A stretch of DNA of 62,807 nucleotides, the filler included, from Sluysia triapertura (taxonomy: Eukaryota): the NCBI GenBank assembly GCA_046118255.1. It is 5 parts of 5 records of this genome, joined end to end, with 100 filler letters (N's around TTAATTAATTAA, not from the genome) between each part and the next. Parts side by side here need not be neighbours in the genome. Positions count along the whole stretch, not along the records: positions 39,926 to 50,723 come from JBJNIA010193305.1; positions 50,824 to 62,807 come from JBJNIA010150162.1; 3 more parts are not named here. One strand, 5' to 3'. Below the pieces are notes generated by a model, which was not told the origin of the DNA, ran no database searches, and saw only the letters and a program-made list of their open reading frames with translations. Positions 39,980 to 61,364 of the stretch are shown here, one piece after another. The stretch's first letter is position 1; every line of letters starts with the position of its first letter. The translations under genes were made by a program, and so were the position numbers.

Positions 39980-40268
39980 ACCGGGCGACAAGAGGTTAAA
40001 ATGATTTAAAAATTGCACAACTTATTGAATGATTTATTATAATTTACATATATCTTCACTTTCTAGTTATTTGATGGTTTGTGTTCGCTATTATTATTAT
40101 TCTTTTCATCACTTCTATTTTTTCGTTATTTCGGCGCTACTGTTAGATTTGTAGTGTGATTTGTTTAGATTTATCTTTCTGGGGTCCAGTTTTATTTTGG
40201 ATTTTAGGATAGTTTTAGTTATACAATTTCAAAGTATGATATTTTTCAAATCTCGAAATTCTTTTTAG

Positions 40269-48847
<8,579 letters not shown>

Positions 48848-49689
48848 GTTAGCTACGATGTTTGATTATAATCCAAATTTACATTGTTTCACTACATCTT
48901 CAAACACTCTAATACTATTTCGAAGAAAATGATATGAAATAGAGAAATAAAACTTAGAATTTTCAATAATAAGTACATAATTTAAAATTTGAAAAATTAA
49001 ATGAGCACTTAGTCTTTACTCAATACTCTTATAGGTCTAGAAAATAAACTACAACAAACTACTTTATAAATAGTTTGAGAAAGTACTCAGCTATTTAACA
49101 CGTGCACATCTTATCTATAATAACTAATTCTGAAACATTCAGTGTTATACAATTATTGAATTTATCACGAATAATTACCGAAAGAAGTTTAATCTAATTG
49201 GTGCTGACACATTATAATAGCAACCTTTTCTTCGCGGATGTTAGGGCAGAAACAAATATATTAATTTTTTTAAACTCGCGATTGTTTGATTTCGAAATGA
49301 ATCTAATTCAAAACGCCATAGTGTGACTAGAGTGATAATCAAATTTTGAAGCCACTAACCACGTTACTACTTACCACTGAAGATTTGGTATCCGGCTTAT
49401 CTTAACCAACTCACAATTTAGGCCAGATGGAATTTCATAATTATATATATTTCACACAACATTATCATCGTTACAGTTTGGAAATTGGATATCAAAGTCT
49501 TGTTATATACTATATAATTTAGTATATAACCTTAGTTCCAGATAAAAAACAAACAAAATTTCAACATGTGATGATTACCTAAAAGTCATTCTTTCCCGAG
49601 ACGAGTAACTAATCAGAAAGGTACCTGATGTGCCGTGTTGTCTTGAGTTATGCTTATATGTAATATATCTCTGGAATGATAGATCAATG

Positions 49690-49920
49690 TTTCATCCGTG
49701 TTCCTAGTATTGGTTATTCCACTGCAGTTGTAGGGAAGTTCCATTCGAAGTGTCTGTTGAACTGAAGCAATTGGAATTTCAAGGGTCTATTGTTCCATCT
49801 AAGATGACAGAATGGTAATCTTTTGACAGTTGTAAATTTAACGCAACCGTCCATGTACCATTTGGCCATTTTCTTGGATTGTGCATGGTTTAGATTGATA
49901 GGATTTGTTGGATAATCGGC
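49690..49920 (-). mobile_element. Possible gypsy LTR-retrotransposon protease relic
   Basis: RHFEWNFPTTAVE*PILG resembles the RxFxWxFxxAxVxxPILG motif of gypsy retropepsins. Confidence 0.4.
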
Positions 49921-50964
49921 ATCACATGATAAGGACAGATTTCGTTAAATGATTTAATAATTAATAACTCTTCTTGGTACAGAGTTAATTCAGTTGCATA
50001 TTTTTTCTTGTATCTATTCTGAACTTTTCAAATATAGATTTTTCTGAATTTCCCTACTTAATCTACTTCGGATATTTTCTAATGAATGATTTGTATTTTA
50101 TCGATTCACAATCATATTTTAGTGACGTTAACTCTTTCGCTACCATGGACGGTCCGATTTTCTTGCCTGAGTCCCTGCGTCACGAATATGTGACGAGTGT
50201 TAAATATTTGTCTGGTAATATTTGCTGTTTCTAAATACCAAGATGAAAGAAAATATTCACATATTCACTATTATCACACTTAAGGTAATTTGTTAATTTA
50301 CAAATTTACCAATTTTGTTGTAGAGGTCTGTGGTGTCCCAGTCATTCATAAATTTACATCAAATTGACCTACAAATATTCCATACTTATTATAACCTCAC
50401 TGCATTTTTATACAGACGATAAGATCTAAAACAGAATTAATACATACAAACTATAACAATTGACCACGATTAGTTCGCCGATATCACCTCTCATTCGCAT
50501 TGACCTCGTTCTGAAGAACATTTTCAAACTCTGTTATATTTTCTTTTTTGTTACAAAAGATGTACACCCGATAGTACCTCATCGAAATATACTGGAAAAG
50601 AATCGGAAATTATCGTGATTTCAAATGCTGATAATATAAACCAGGGCTTAAACTTTTTTATATAGCGACCCCCTTCAAGCTTAGGAAATTTTAAACGACC
50701 CCCTCCTACATATAATGAAATATNNNNNNNNNNNNNNNNNNNNNNNNNNNNNNNNNNNNNNNNNNNNTTAATTAATTAANNNNNNNNNNNNNNNNNNNNN
50801 NNNNNNNNNNNNNNNNNNNNNNNTATTGAATATTAAAAACTATGTAGAGAGTTCGGATTTTCGCATCCCTGAGATAATGTATGCTTTTGTTCAAAATACT
50901 AAATTAAATTCTATTGAATGTTTAAGACAGAATAAAACAATACTATTTATAAATTGTGTTTCTT

Positions 50965-51200
50965 TATGAATCCATTAGATTCACATTCATTGGTATTATG
51001 TGTATAACATGTAATTTCGGCCAACTATCCTAGTCATTCATTAAATCATAATGTGGCAGCTTGCATTATCTAGCAATGATAAATTTCTGGATCATTGGTT
51101 CTTTTTTATCTTCTGATAAATGCCAATCAACTCCGTTTAAAACTTTTTTCCTAAAGCTGCTAAAATGCAAAATGTAACTTGTTTGGATATAATTAAAATA
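50965..51200 (-). mobile_element. Possible pogo/Tigger DDE relic
   Basis: LLDNASCH is followed in another frame by HVIHIIPMNVNLMD, resembling LLxDNAxxH...FLPPNxT..QPMD. Confidence 0.4.
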
Positions 51201-53388
51201 CAAATCCATTGATTTAATAAGTGAGTGAAAGTCATCTATCATCAAATGAAGTATTGGAAAAAATAACCGAGAGCAAATTTAGGTGGTGTAAATAAGCAAC
51301 ATTTCCACAGTTATTTTAACTACGATTAAGTTTAGTTCAAATCAAATTTGAAAATCTAGAAATTTAGAGACTAAATGACTGGATTTACCAAATTAATATA
51401 ATTGTAGATTTCCTTGTTTTGGATTTACAATTGTTTTGTAACTTTAGTCCAACATACTATTAACTTGAGACATAAGTATTTGTTTAAACCTTATAATCGT
51501 ACTATACACTTTAAAATAATTGTAAATTTTGATACTAAAACAAAACAGAATTGTTTAAATATTGATATTTTTACGTTGTAAAATTAAAATCTTGTAATAA
51601 ATTTTAACACAGAATATCGAAATTTTAGTTACGTTGTGACTTTATTGAGAAATAAGCCATCGAAGCTACAAAAGAAATATATCACATTGAAAGTAATGAT
51701 GTCACTGTAAAAGTACTGCTTAGAATTTGATTCAAACGTTGGCAATGAAAAACCAAAGTCATTCAATGCAACGCCTTTATGAACTTTCATAGATATAAAT
51801 TCTCAGCGCAGAACTTTATCATTAGATACTTGTCTTATTTACAGTCCTTAGCGAGTAAATAAGCTTAAAGAAATATCCTATTATTTAACTTATTGAAATT
51901 TATTAAAATATATTAAAAAATCATCTAGAAATTAGTGAAACGTTTGACTCATCAATTATTTTAGTTCTAGCTTATTCGTGTGCTTCATTTTTTAAAACTT
52001 TAGTTCACAAATGCAGGTGCTTCCAAAATGACAAAATAGACATGATTGTGAAGCGAGGAAAATTTTTACCTGGGAAGTCTTTTCTTAGAGGACCAGTAAA
52101 GAAACTTGATTAAGTTTCTCTTTAAGTTGAATGTCATTACAGCTCTGTATATCGCATTTGATGATGTTCACATTCTTGAAATTGCGGGTCTTTTACTGTG
52201 TTTTACTGGACAAATCTGTACACTAGGTGTCAATTCGTATTTTAACAATTGTACATAAGAGACTTAGGAAGCAGTGTTAACACATTTGTTATATCGAGAA
52301 TTAATAACTCAAATAGGCAACAAATTTGAATCAAATACAATTATATGTTTACTAAAGAACGTAATAAATACAAAAATGTATCGCTTATACATTAATAGCA
52401 TGGTAAAATTTATTTGTATTTCGTAAGTTTGTAAGTTTACCATTTTCTATAAACATGAATGAAATTCCATGAATTATTAGATAATTTTTGTACCAGTTTA
52501 ATAAAAATAATACTAATTTCATAATAATCGTATTTCCAAAAAATTAATATTTAACTTTTTAAAGTCTCCTTGACTAGAAATAATAATTAACTGTACAAAT
52601 TTTGTACATATTTAGAAATAATATATACTTAGAATTTGTCTATTTATTGGGCTTTTATAGCCATTATCCATATTTATTTGATTCTAGTATGTTTTTCATA
52701 ATATTTAGAATAGATGAATATGGTAGCCAACCTAAATTAATATTATAAGATAAAAAATTAATAATAGTTATAATCAAACTGAAAAGCTTTAGCCCAAGCG
52801 TCTTTGTAGAGTTTTCCTTTGTGCTACTTGTTCCATCTAAGCATAATGAAATGAAACTGCTTCATTTCGCAATGTTTATCCTGTCTTTATTTCTTATAAA
52901 TAAATATAGCGCTTATTCAGATATATGTGCAGAACTTAATTTTTTAATTAAACATATAAATCTTCTTTGTTCACTAAACATAACATCTTTCCAAGGAAAG
53001 CGTATCAAGATCTTTCCAATATTGTTAATTGTATTACTAATCGCGTTCTATATTTATTTCGTCTCCACTCACCTTTATGAGTAATATTATAACTTAATAT
53101 ACTCAAGAACATTTTTGTTATAGCTGCCTATTAATCGGGTAATTTTTCGAATCAAATAAGCTTTTATGATGTAACTATTGATCATTATTATTTCATTAAT
53201 TTTGATTCCATTAATTTTACTTTTGTTTTAAGAGCAGTTTTGAGATAAATTATTTTGTAAATAATTATTAATATTAAATTTAACTTTTTACGTTATCTTT
53301 TATAATTAAAATGCTTTAATTATAAATATTATTAATTTAAATATTTTGTAAAATTTATCTACTTGTTTATACAATTTCACATTGTTAG

Positions 53389-54155
53389 GTGGCCAAGTAA
53401 GTAGTCGTCAAGGTAGTGGAAATTATCATTATAGTAAAATGGTAGGAGGACAACATCCTTCACCACCACCACCACCAGGTACTTCGTTAATGCCGGGAAC
53501 AGCACCAAGCCATGGTGGTTCAATGATATCTCCTGTATCAACAGTGGGATCTGCAAAACCTCACATGATACACCCCGGCGGACATCATTACGCGACACAA
53601 ACATCGCCATCCAACACAAACACTGGTGTATCACAATCATTTCATCAGATGGATTACATTGCTACAAATTCTGTTAATGGTATTCTTAGAACTTTGGATG
53701 TTCGTAATTGGTTTTTATGCTTAATTATTTTGTCCTAAAAAATTTAAACTGCTTTTAAATACTTGATTATTCTCTAATTTTAGGTTGATGCAGATTATGC
53801 AGGTGCTATTATAGGTCCAAAAGGAGCTTCAATCGTTGAACTGCAAGAGATAACAAACACAACTATTAAAATCTCAAAAAAAACTGATCAATCCCAGCGT
53901 CAGAAGTCAGATGGATCTAGCTCTCCACTTGATAACAACAGTCAAAATCAATCAGGTACGAAAAGAACCGTCAGTATCTATGGTCTTTATTCGGATGTAT
54001 CTCGAGCTTATCTTTTAATATCGGATAAAATTAAAAATGAACAAATTCGACGACAAAGAATGGCTGGAATTGAGCCTAACAACGGTTCTGCTAATACTGT
54101 TGTGATAAATGAATCTGGAGGTAGTGGTACTGTTCAAACTGGTAGTCACTATTGA
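53389..54155 (+). CDS. NOVA: Nova/Pasilla-like KH-domain RNA-binding protein, last two exons
   Basis: Exons 53389-53699 (low-complexity linker) and 53784-54155. The latter encodes VDADYAGAIIGPKGASIVELQEITNTTIKISKK...GTKRTVSIYG...AYLLISDKIKNEQIRR, aligning with Nova KH3 ([27 protein letters not shown]...R.VTITG...AQYLI...I..EQ). The KH exon is absent from the ORF track. Confidence 0.8.
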
Positions 54156-54425
54156 ATTGATTAATCTACCTTTGCTGACAAATTCGGTGTGCTTAGCTAG
54201 ATCTAAAAATACTTTTTCAACGTTTAAATTTTGCTGTTTGGATTTTAATGCATGGTTGTTGGTGTGGTGTGTTTCTTGAGTTTCTTGGTTATTGTTGATT
54301 GTTTTCCCAGTGTTTGGAATTTTGATGTATAATATTGCATATTATAGTAGTTTATTGTTATTATATTAATTTTATTATTATTACTTAATTACAGTTCATT
54401 ATTTTACACGTTCTACATTAGCATT

Positions 54426-54472
54426 TCACATCATAGTTCACACATTCACATCTATCGTTCATCATTGTTCAT
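54426..54472 (+). promoter_or_regulatory. YCAY cluster (candidate Nova-binding site) in the putative 3' UTR
   Basis: Seven TCAY tetramers in 47 nt, at 54426, 54431, 54438, 54446, 54459, 54462 and 54469. Confidence 0.55.
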
Positions 54473-55669
54473 TGAAAATATGTTTTATTTTTATGTTTGA
54501 TTACAATATTTATGGGAAATTAGTGTTTCTTATTGTAGTGTAATGAGAGCAATACCTATTAGTATTTGTGACATGTTAATTGAAAATAAGTTAGTATGAC
54601 GATGACTTTGATTATGGAGCGGAAACTTTTTCTATGATCTGAGTATTTATAAAAAGTGAGAGAATAAATATTGTATCTTTTACATTTTGTGATTCTAATT
54701 TTTTGAAATAATAGAATATTTTAGTGGTTATAATTGTGAAATTATGATGACATTATTATATATTTTGAATTTAATTTTTTTATTATTATTTTTTAAAATA
54801 AATTATAATTATAAATGAATATAATTAAAATAACTAAATTTCGGAGTATTTATTTTTAGAATCTTAGTTGCTTGTAATAATAAGTACTGTATATACTCAA
54901 TTAATTGTCGAATTCATTTTTTGACCAAAATGTCTGGCATTTTGTATGTGATTCATTAAATGCTAGCGAATGATTTGGCGTTTCTGTATTGTAACAGGGC
55001 TTTCTATGCAAGACAGCGATTTATGTAGTATTTAAACGTAATTTTGTAATGTCTAAATATATAACAGGAATCATAATTATTTTGAACAGAATTCTTTACT
55101 CGATGTATTTTTAGCTACGTTCACATCAGTTTTGTTTTCGATTCACGTTTCTGCATTTATATGGTGCTCTTGTTTAGTTTGTAGTTCCTTTATTTATCTT
55201 TCATATTGTATTTTTGAATTACTTTTCTTTCAAAATATACTGTTGAATTAATTTTTTGACAATGTACGTGATCAGATGATGATTCAAGAAACCTAATTTT
55301 ATGTTATAAGGTTTTTTTAAAAATTGTAAAAACAAATGAAATTGTCAGTTTATACCAGGATTTCTGGTTCAGCTGTGATTTATATTTTTTATCAGTAAAA
55401 GAAACGTTACAGTCAAACTTATCTAATCACATAGGTCGAATAATTATAAAGTTGTATGTGGATACTTAAAATATTTTATAATCTAAATTTTTCAAGAAAA
55501 ACTAATCAAATGCGAAGTTTTAAGAGATATCTCTATCAAAACAATAAGCCCCGAAGAGATGTGTTTAACGTGCGTTTCGCGTAAATTGCGCCAGGAATTA
55601 AGCTACTCCAGAATACTTATTTTTAAGTACAAAAGAGAAATTTTCAAGAAATATTGTCTAAGTGAATGA

Positions 55670-55825
55670 ATGGGCTTACCGGAATTCGAACTTGGACTGT
55701 TTTACCTCATAGTCGTGCAGTTCGATGCTCTGATCACTGAGTTATTAGTCATGTCCAACAAATTTATTTTATTATAGTCAATAATAATATTATAGTCATT
55801 ACTCTAAATGGCACTTTTGGCCTGT
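55670..55825 (-). repeat. Decayed second copy of the tRNA-like element
   Basis: gcagttcgatgctctgatcactgagttattagtc...gtccaacaa and ggcacttttggcct match 57477-57570. Confidence 0.7.
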
Positions 55826-57439
55826 AACTAAACAGCGGGATGGACACTGATATGTTGCATGCATGGATTATAATACCACGTAATAAAAGTAAGACTGCTC
55901 ATATTAGCGTCAAATTTATTGTGAAAAAATGTAAATCCTATAATATTAGAAAGGAACAACTGATTATAATGTCAACTGGCCATTCACTATTGACAATGAT
56001 GGGATTGTCCAACTGTGTATCAGGAGATGAGTAAGAAATGAAATACGTACAACTAAAAAATGAAGGAAGAACTTATACAAAGTGATGGATTGAATATTAT
56101 AAACATTGTTTGAAAAAGAATCATGAAAGTGAAAACAAATATACTAATGGTAACAACTAAAGAATACCTTGGAGTTCCAATGACCTATATAAAGTTTGAA
56201 ACCTTATGAAAGTTTGAGTTTGACTGGTGAACTTTGAGATCATCTGAGACTTCATTAACCTTTAAGCATTCTTGAAACATCTATAAGCATTTAAAACCTT
56301 TGAGTAATCTTATAAAGTATCTAAAATCTTTAAAATATTTGAGAAATAAAGTCATTGTTACTGGTATTAAGAATAAATCTAGTATGGTAATATTAACATG
56401 AAGAAGTAGAAAAAGAAATCAGAGAAAATAAAAGAAATCAAAAGAAAACATCTAGAGGCTTCGAATGCCTTATAAACTCCTAATTAACTTTAGAACCTTA
56501 ATAAAATGAGATAAAGTCTAAAAAAGATTAATTAATTAAAATCGTAATTAACCTAATTAAAAGAAAGTGAAATTACGTTTTTGTGAATAACTTTTGAATG
56601 AGCAATGATATGTTAAATTTGAAACTGTGTTTGTATTTGTTTTAAAAAGACCTTTTGATGAAGGTATGGTTGAAACAAGTTCATGCTGAATTTTTAATCT
56701 TAGAATGATGCACATCTAATGAATTGAATATGAGGTTATTTCCATGAGAGAGAAGAATCAGGAAGTGAGTTTGAGATATTTGTAAAGTGGCTTATTTGAG
56801 AATAAGAATCTTAAAATATTAGAAAATTGGGTGTGAAAATTGAAAATCAATTAAATTCTAAAAAATGAAATTAAATTGAAATGAAATTGTTGGTTGTTAT
56901 TTAATTTAAGTAAAAATAGATTGAGTAGAGTAAAAGAAAATGATGGTTGAAAATACATCATATTTTTGTGTTTTGTACGTTATGAAGTTTGACAGACCGT
57001 ACCATGTAATTGTCAAAGTTGTTATTTTCGGTCTAATTCTCAAATACATTTTGACGATTTGTGTGAGATAGTGTTTGATTGGATTGAGAAAGTATAAAAT
57101 AAAAAACTTAAAAATTTTATAATACAATAACACAATCAGCTAACAATCAATTATTACGAAAATATGTTATTTTATTATTTTAATTATTATTAAAAATAAT
57201 TTTTTTTGGGGAATCTTTAGTTAATTTTTGCTACTATTTGTATAATTTTTCAAGCTATTGATAAATTGTGAGGCTTTCTATCCGAATTATTTTATAAATT
57301 TTCTGTTGTTAAGTTAGAATAAAATTATTCCAAAATATATAAGTATTACTATTATTTTCAACTTTTTATATATTGGTATTTAGATTTTTGTTGGAAAGAT
57401 TATTGTATGCTTAATATTGTTCTGTTAGACTTCGTAAAA

Positions 57440-57511
57440 TGGACTGGCCGGGGATCGAACCCGGGACCATCGCTGCGCAGTTCGAATGCTCTACCACTGA
57501 GCTATCAGCCC
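57440..57511 (-). ncRNA. tRNA-like Pol III unit or pseudo-tRNA (72 nt)
   Basis: GGGCTGA TA GCTC AGTGGTA GAGC A TTCGA ACTGCGC AGCGA TGGTC CCGGG TTCGATC CCCGG CCAGTCC A TTTT. The acceptor, D and T arms pair, and the A box, B box and T4 terminator are intact. The anticodon stem does not pair. Confidence 0.7.
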
Positions 57512-58804
57512 CGTCTAACAATTTCATTTTTAATATATTCAATTACACCACTTGGCACTTTTCAGGCCTTTTACCCCAACAACCCCAACAATTAGGTACG
57601 TATGAAATAATTAAAAACTAACTATCAAATTGTACTGGACATCGAGTTCATGTTGAACAAATTTCATCGACATCTTCATATTGGAGTTATCCGTAAATAA
57701 AGTGATTGTAAGGATATTTCAGCTTGAAGGTAAAGGGATCAGTATTTTACAAGGTTTTTACAAAAAGACGTTATAAGTATATTAATTAATTAATTTATGA
57801 ATACAAAGACAGTGTGAAACATGTCTACGTAAATAACATAAAATCATCAGTTTTACTTAATTTTCTTTATTATAAAGTTAAATTTCTATGTATTATAATG
57901 AGCATACATAATAAAAGTATATATCAAATAAATGCTCATTAAGGAATCATTCCAAATATGTTATTGATATTGATGTGTGACGTACCGTTATGTGTTGTGC
58001 ATTGTATCAAAAGTTTTTATTGAAAACAAGTTAATGTATATTGCATTAATAAGTATTATAACTATGAGTTTGTTTGCCACAAAATTCATTATCTTTGATT
58101 CCCGACTCCATAGCAATTATCTATAAAGAAAACCACATTTTGCTACCATTTCATAAAAAATGAAATCATTATAATAGTTAATACAGTAGTGGCAAACACT
58201 GATTGAATGTTACAAATCTTTAGAAATCGGACTAAATTTTATCTTTGGGTCAACTTTATTATTTATTTATTGTACTTTGGGTACTAACATTTCGGTGTTG
58301 TGTAATCCCTGAGATTGAGTATTATAATTGAATTTTATTTTATTGAATAATTAATTATATTGACTTAATTATTATTTGATATTTTTTGTGATGTAGTTAT
58401 AATATATTGAGATTTAGACTGATTCAATTAATTTATTAAATAGTCAAATAAAAATTTAAATTTACACATTCAATTTTATTTTTAAAATGAAAAAAATGTT
58501 TAATTTTGCTTTATTTATATATTTTAGATCGCTTAACTTTGTTTTAATTAACAATTACGTCACCAATTCAAATATTAGATTGATTATTTGTTAATAAAAG
58601 TATGTAGGATGTTCCGCAAAAAGGCCTGTTTTCAAAACATGCCTTTCTTCACAATAAAGAAGTAATATCTACGAAGAAGCAAATTATGACTACAAATGAA
58701 AATAATGAAGAAAAGATGAGAATAACAGGTAAATAATAGAACAAGAAGGACTAGTTGATGTGAATCAACAATCATCTAGCTAACAGATCCATGGCGTTGA
58801 AATC

Positions 58805-59210
58805 GCTTTTTACAATAACAATAATGATAATAGTAATATTAATTTATATTGCGCTCATATCTACTGCAAAGTAAGTACTCAAAAGAGCTTAAAATAAATC
58901 ATTCACTATAATATTTCTGAAAGAGAAAGAACTTTGTCTTTTTCAATATCTTCCAGTAACTGGTTGTATGTTGTTTAAACATAAATGGTATATAACTTAT
59001 CATCTAGCTTATTATTACTATCTGTGTAGATATTTCATTATGGTTTCAAATTTTTTATTATTTTCTGAGATATTCACGACTTCCTAATGCAGGCATCTGT
59101 AAATTATTGTCATGATTTTGAATGTTACTCTTGCTTCTATTGGCAACCAATGTAATGTATTATATGAGATCTTCTTCACACTTGGAAAATTAGTCTCGCT
59201 GCTTGATTAA
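58805..59210 (-). mobile_element. L2/CR1-group LINE 3' end
   Basis: Reverse complement of 42040-42372. Encodes QAARLIF...LHWLPIEARVTFKIMTIIY. Confidence 0.75.
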
Positions 59211-59474
59211 ATACGTAAACAGAAAAACGCATAGGAACTAAATGAATGTCTCTGAATGAATGAATGAATTATATAATATAGTAGAAGAAATGTAGAAAAT
59301 TAATTAATATATAAATGAAATTGGCCATATATGAAGAAATGATATTTTGAATCAATAATTTATAATTGGAGAATGAATTTGGAATTAGTTGAGCACTAGT
59401 AGCAGTGGTAGTGGTGGTAGTAATAGTCGTAGTAGAAATTTATTTATATATTTTATGAAATAAACTATTTTTAG

Positions 59475-61364
59475 ATAAAGAACGAAACTCGGAAAATAAA
59501 TCACATCCAGATGCACACGGGGCTTGATTATTCAGCACCAAATTTGAATTATTTTGATAAATTATTATTCCGATTTCAAGAAGGTACAAATTCCAAATTT
59601 AATCCGCCATATTTGATACATTGCAGGTTGAACAACATTTTATAGTAATAATAATTATAATAAATAAATTTGATATTTAATAATTTGTGAATTGTCTTTA
59701 TTTAGTCATTGATAATTCTATGATTATTAAAATCGAATAATTTTTAAATTTCAAATCAATAACTTGAGTTTTAACACAAATATTACACTTAAATCTTTTA
59801 TTTTATATAAATTTTCATTTTATTTAACATTAATACGACAGAAATGACTAATATTATGTATCAGTGTTTTGTTACTGTTTTATCTCAGTATTTTGTCAAT
59901 GTTAATCCAATATTGATCACTGAGAGAGGAGTAACGATGTCTCAGTCAAATATTCAGATCCTTATTTAACTGTTTCTCAAACAATGTATTGTCAGATTTT
60001 CTTATTAGAAGAATGTTGCTCAAGACGGAAATCTTTTATATTAATGCAGACAAACAATAAGTCCAAAATAACCAACATGAAAATAAACATATTTATAACA
60101 ATAACAATAAATAAATATAAATAGATATTGATAAACTGAGGAAATATAATCAAATTTTAAAATAATATTTGAACACGATTTTGGCGGTATCTTTAAAATA
60201 CCGTATGAAAGAATTAATTTTCTAAATAAAGTTTAAAAATTGATAATAATAATAATAATGTTTCTTATGATATATCGGTGATGGTACGATCAGCATTAAT
60301 ATTTAATTTTAAAATAAATTTCAATAAATAATTAAATTTCACTCAAGAAAAATCTTAGAAATTTGAAAATTTAAAAGAAAAATAAGACGGAAGAATGGAG
60401 CTTATCAAACTTAATTATCTAAGAAAGGAGCTGCATAGAATAAGCAAGAATACCATAGAATTGGAAAACAAATATGAATTATTACTAATAGTGATATAAA
60501 TATAGATATATTGTAGAATAAAATTAAGGAAGATGTGTTTGTCCTATAGAATATATAATTATAATATAGATAATATCAAATAAAACAAGGGGATGAAATA
60601 AAATAAAAATATATGGAATAAGATTGAAATGATTATTTTATTATAAAATAAAATTATTTGTAGAGAATAATTGATTATAATATAATATAATTATAATCAG
60701 ATATATAAGAAGGTTTTCTTCCATGCAATGACACAAGAGAAAACAAAGGATTTTGAAATTTTATTACATCAAAGACAAGTTAATATCACAACTTTTTAGA
60801 TAGAGGCTGTTTATATCAAGGTTTTAAAATCATTTAATATTAATCAAAGTATTGTGACAGTTATTGATAATAGAGTTACAACAGAATAATTTTAAGATAA
60901 TTACAGTTTTAAATTTTCGAATAATGATTAATGACCCTCGATCATTATTAATCACTTTTATTACATAATTTAGAAGTGCTTTGTTTTATAAGTTTCTGAA
61001 ACAATTTAAATGCATTTCTTTTGTTAGAAACATCTTTATTAGATCTGATTCTTGGACCTGTTCAAAATATTTAAATATTTTATTATGAAATTCATTTATT
61101 ATATGAAAAACTGAAAAATATTAATGGAATATATATTAAATAAATTATTGTCTATTTATTTTATTATAATTAATAATAATAATATTAGAAAATTAAATAA
61201 AATGAATTTTTATTCTTTATTTCAGTTCTGGAGTTGGTCGTACTGGAACTTTTATTACAATAGACCGTTTAGTTGAACAACTAAGAAATGGAGATCAACA
61301 AATCAGCATATACGATACTGTGTTGAATTTGAGAAAATACAGAACTAGGATGGTACCAAGAAAA
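59475..61364 (+). pseudogene. Classical protein tyrosine phosphatase domain exons, divergent (pseudogene or pseudophosphatase)
   Basis: Exons 59475-59626 and 61226-61364 join in phase 2 to give ETRKINHIQMHTGLDYSAP...PYLIHCS-SGVGRTGTFITID...IYDTVLNLRKYRTRMVPRK. No intact KNRY or YIATQGP exons were found upstream. Confidence 0.75.

Noticed and set aside
57440-57511. Functional tRNA-Ala(TGC) or tRNA-Cys
   Set aside because: The anticodon stem does not pair and U33 is absent in the standard register.
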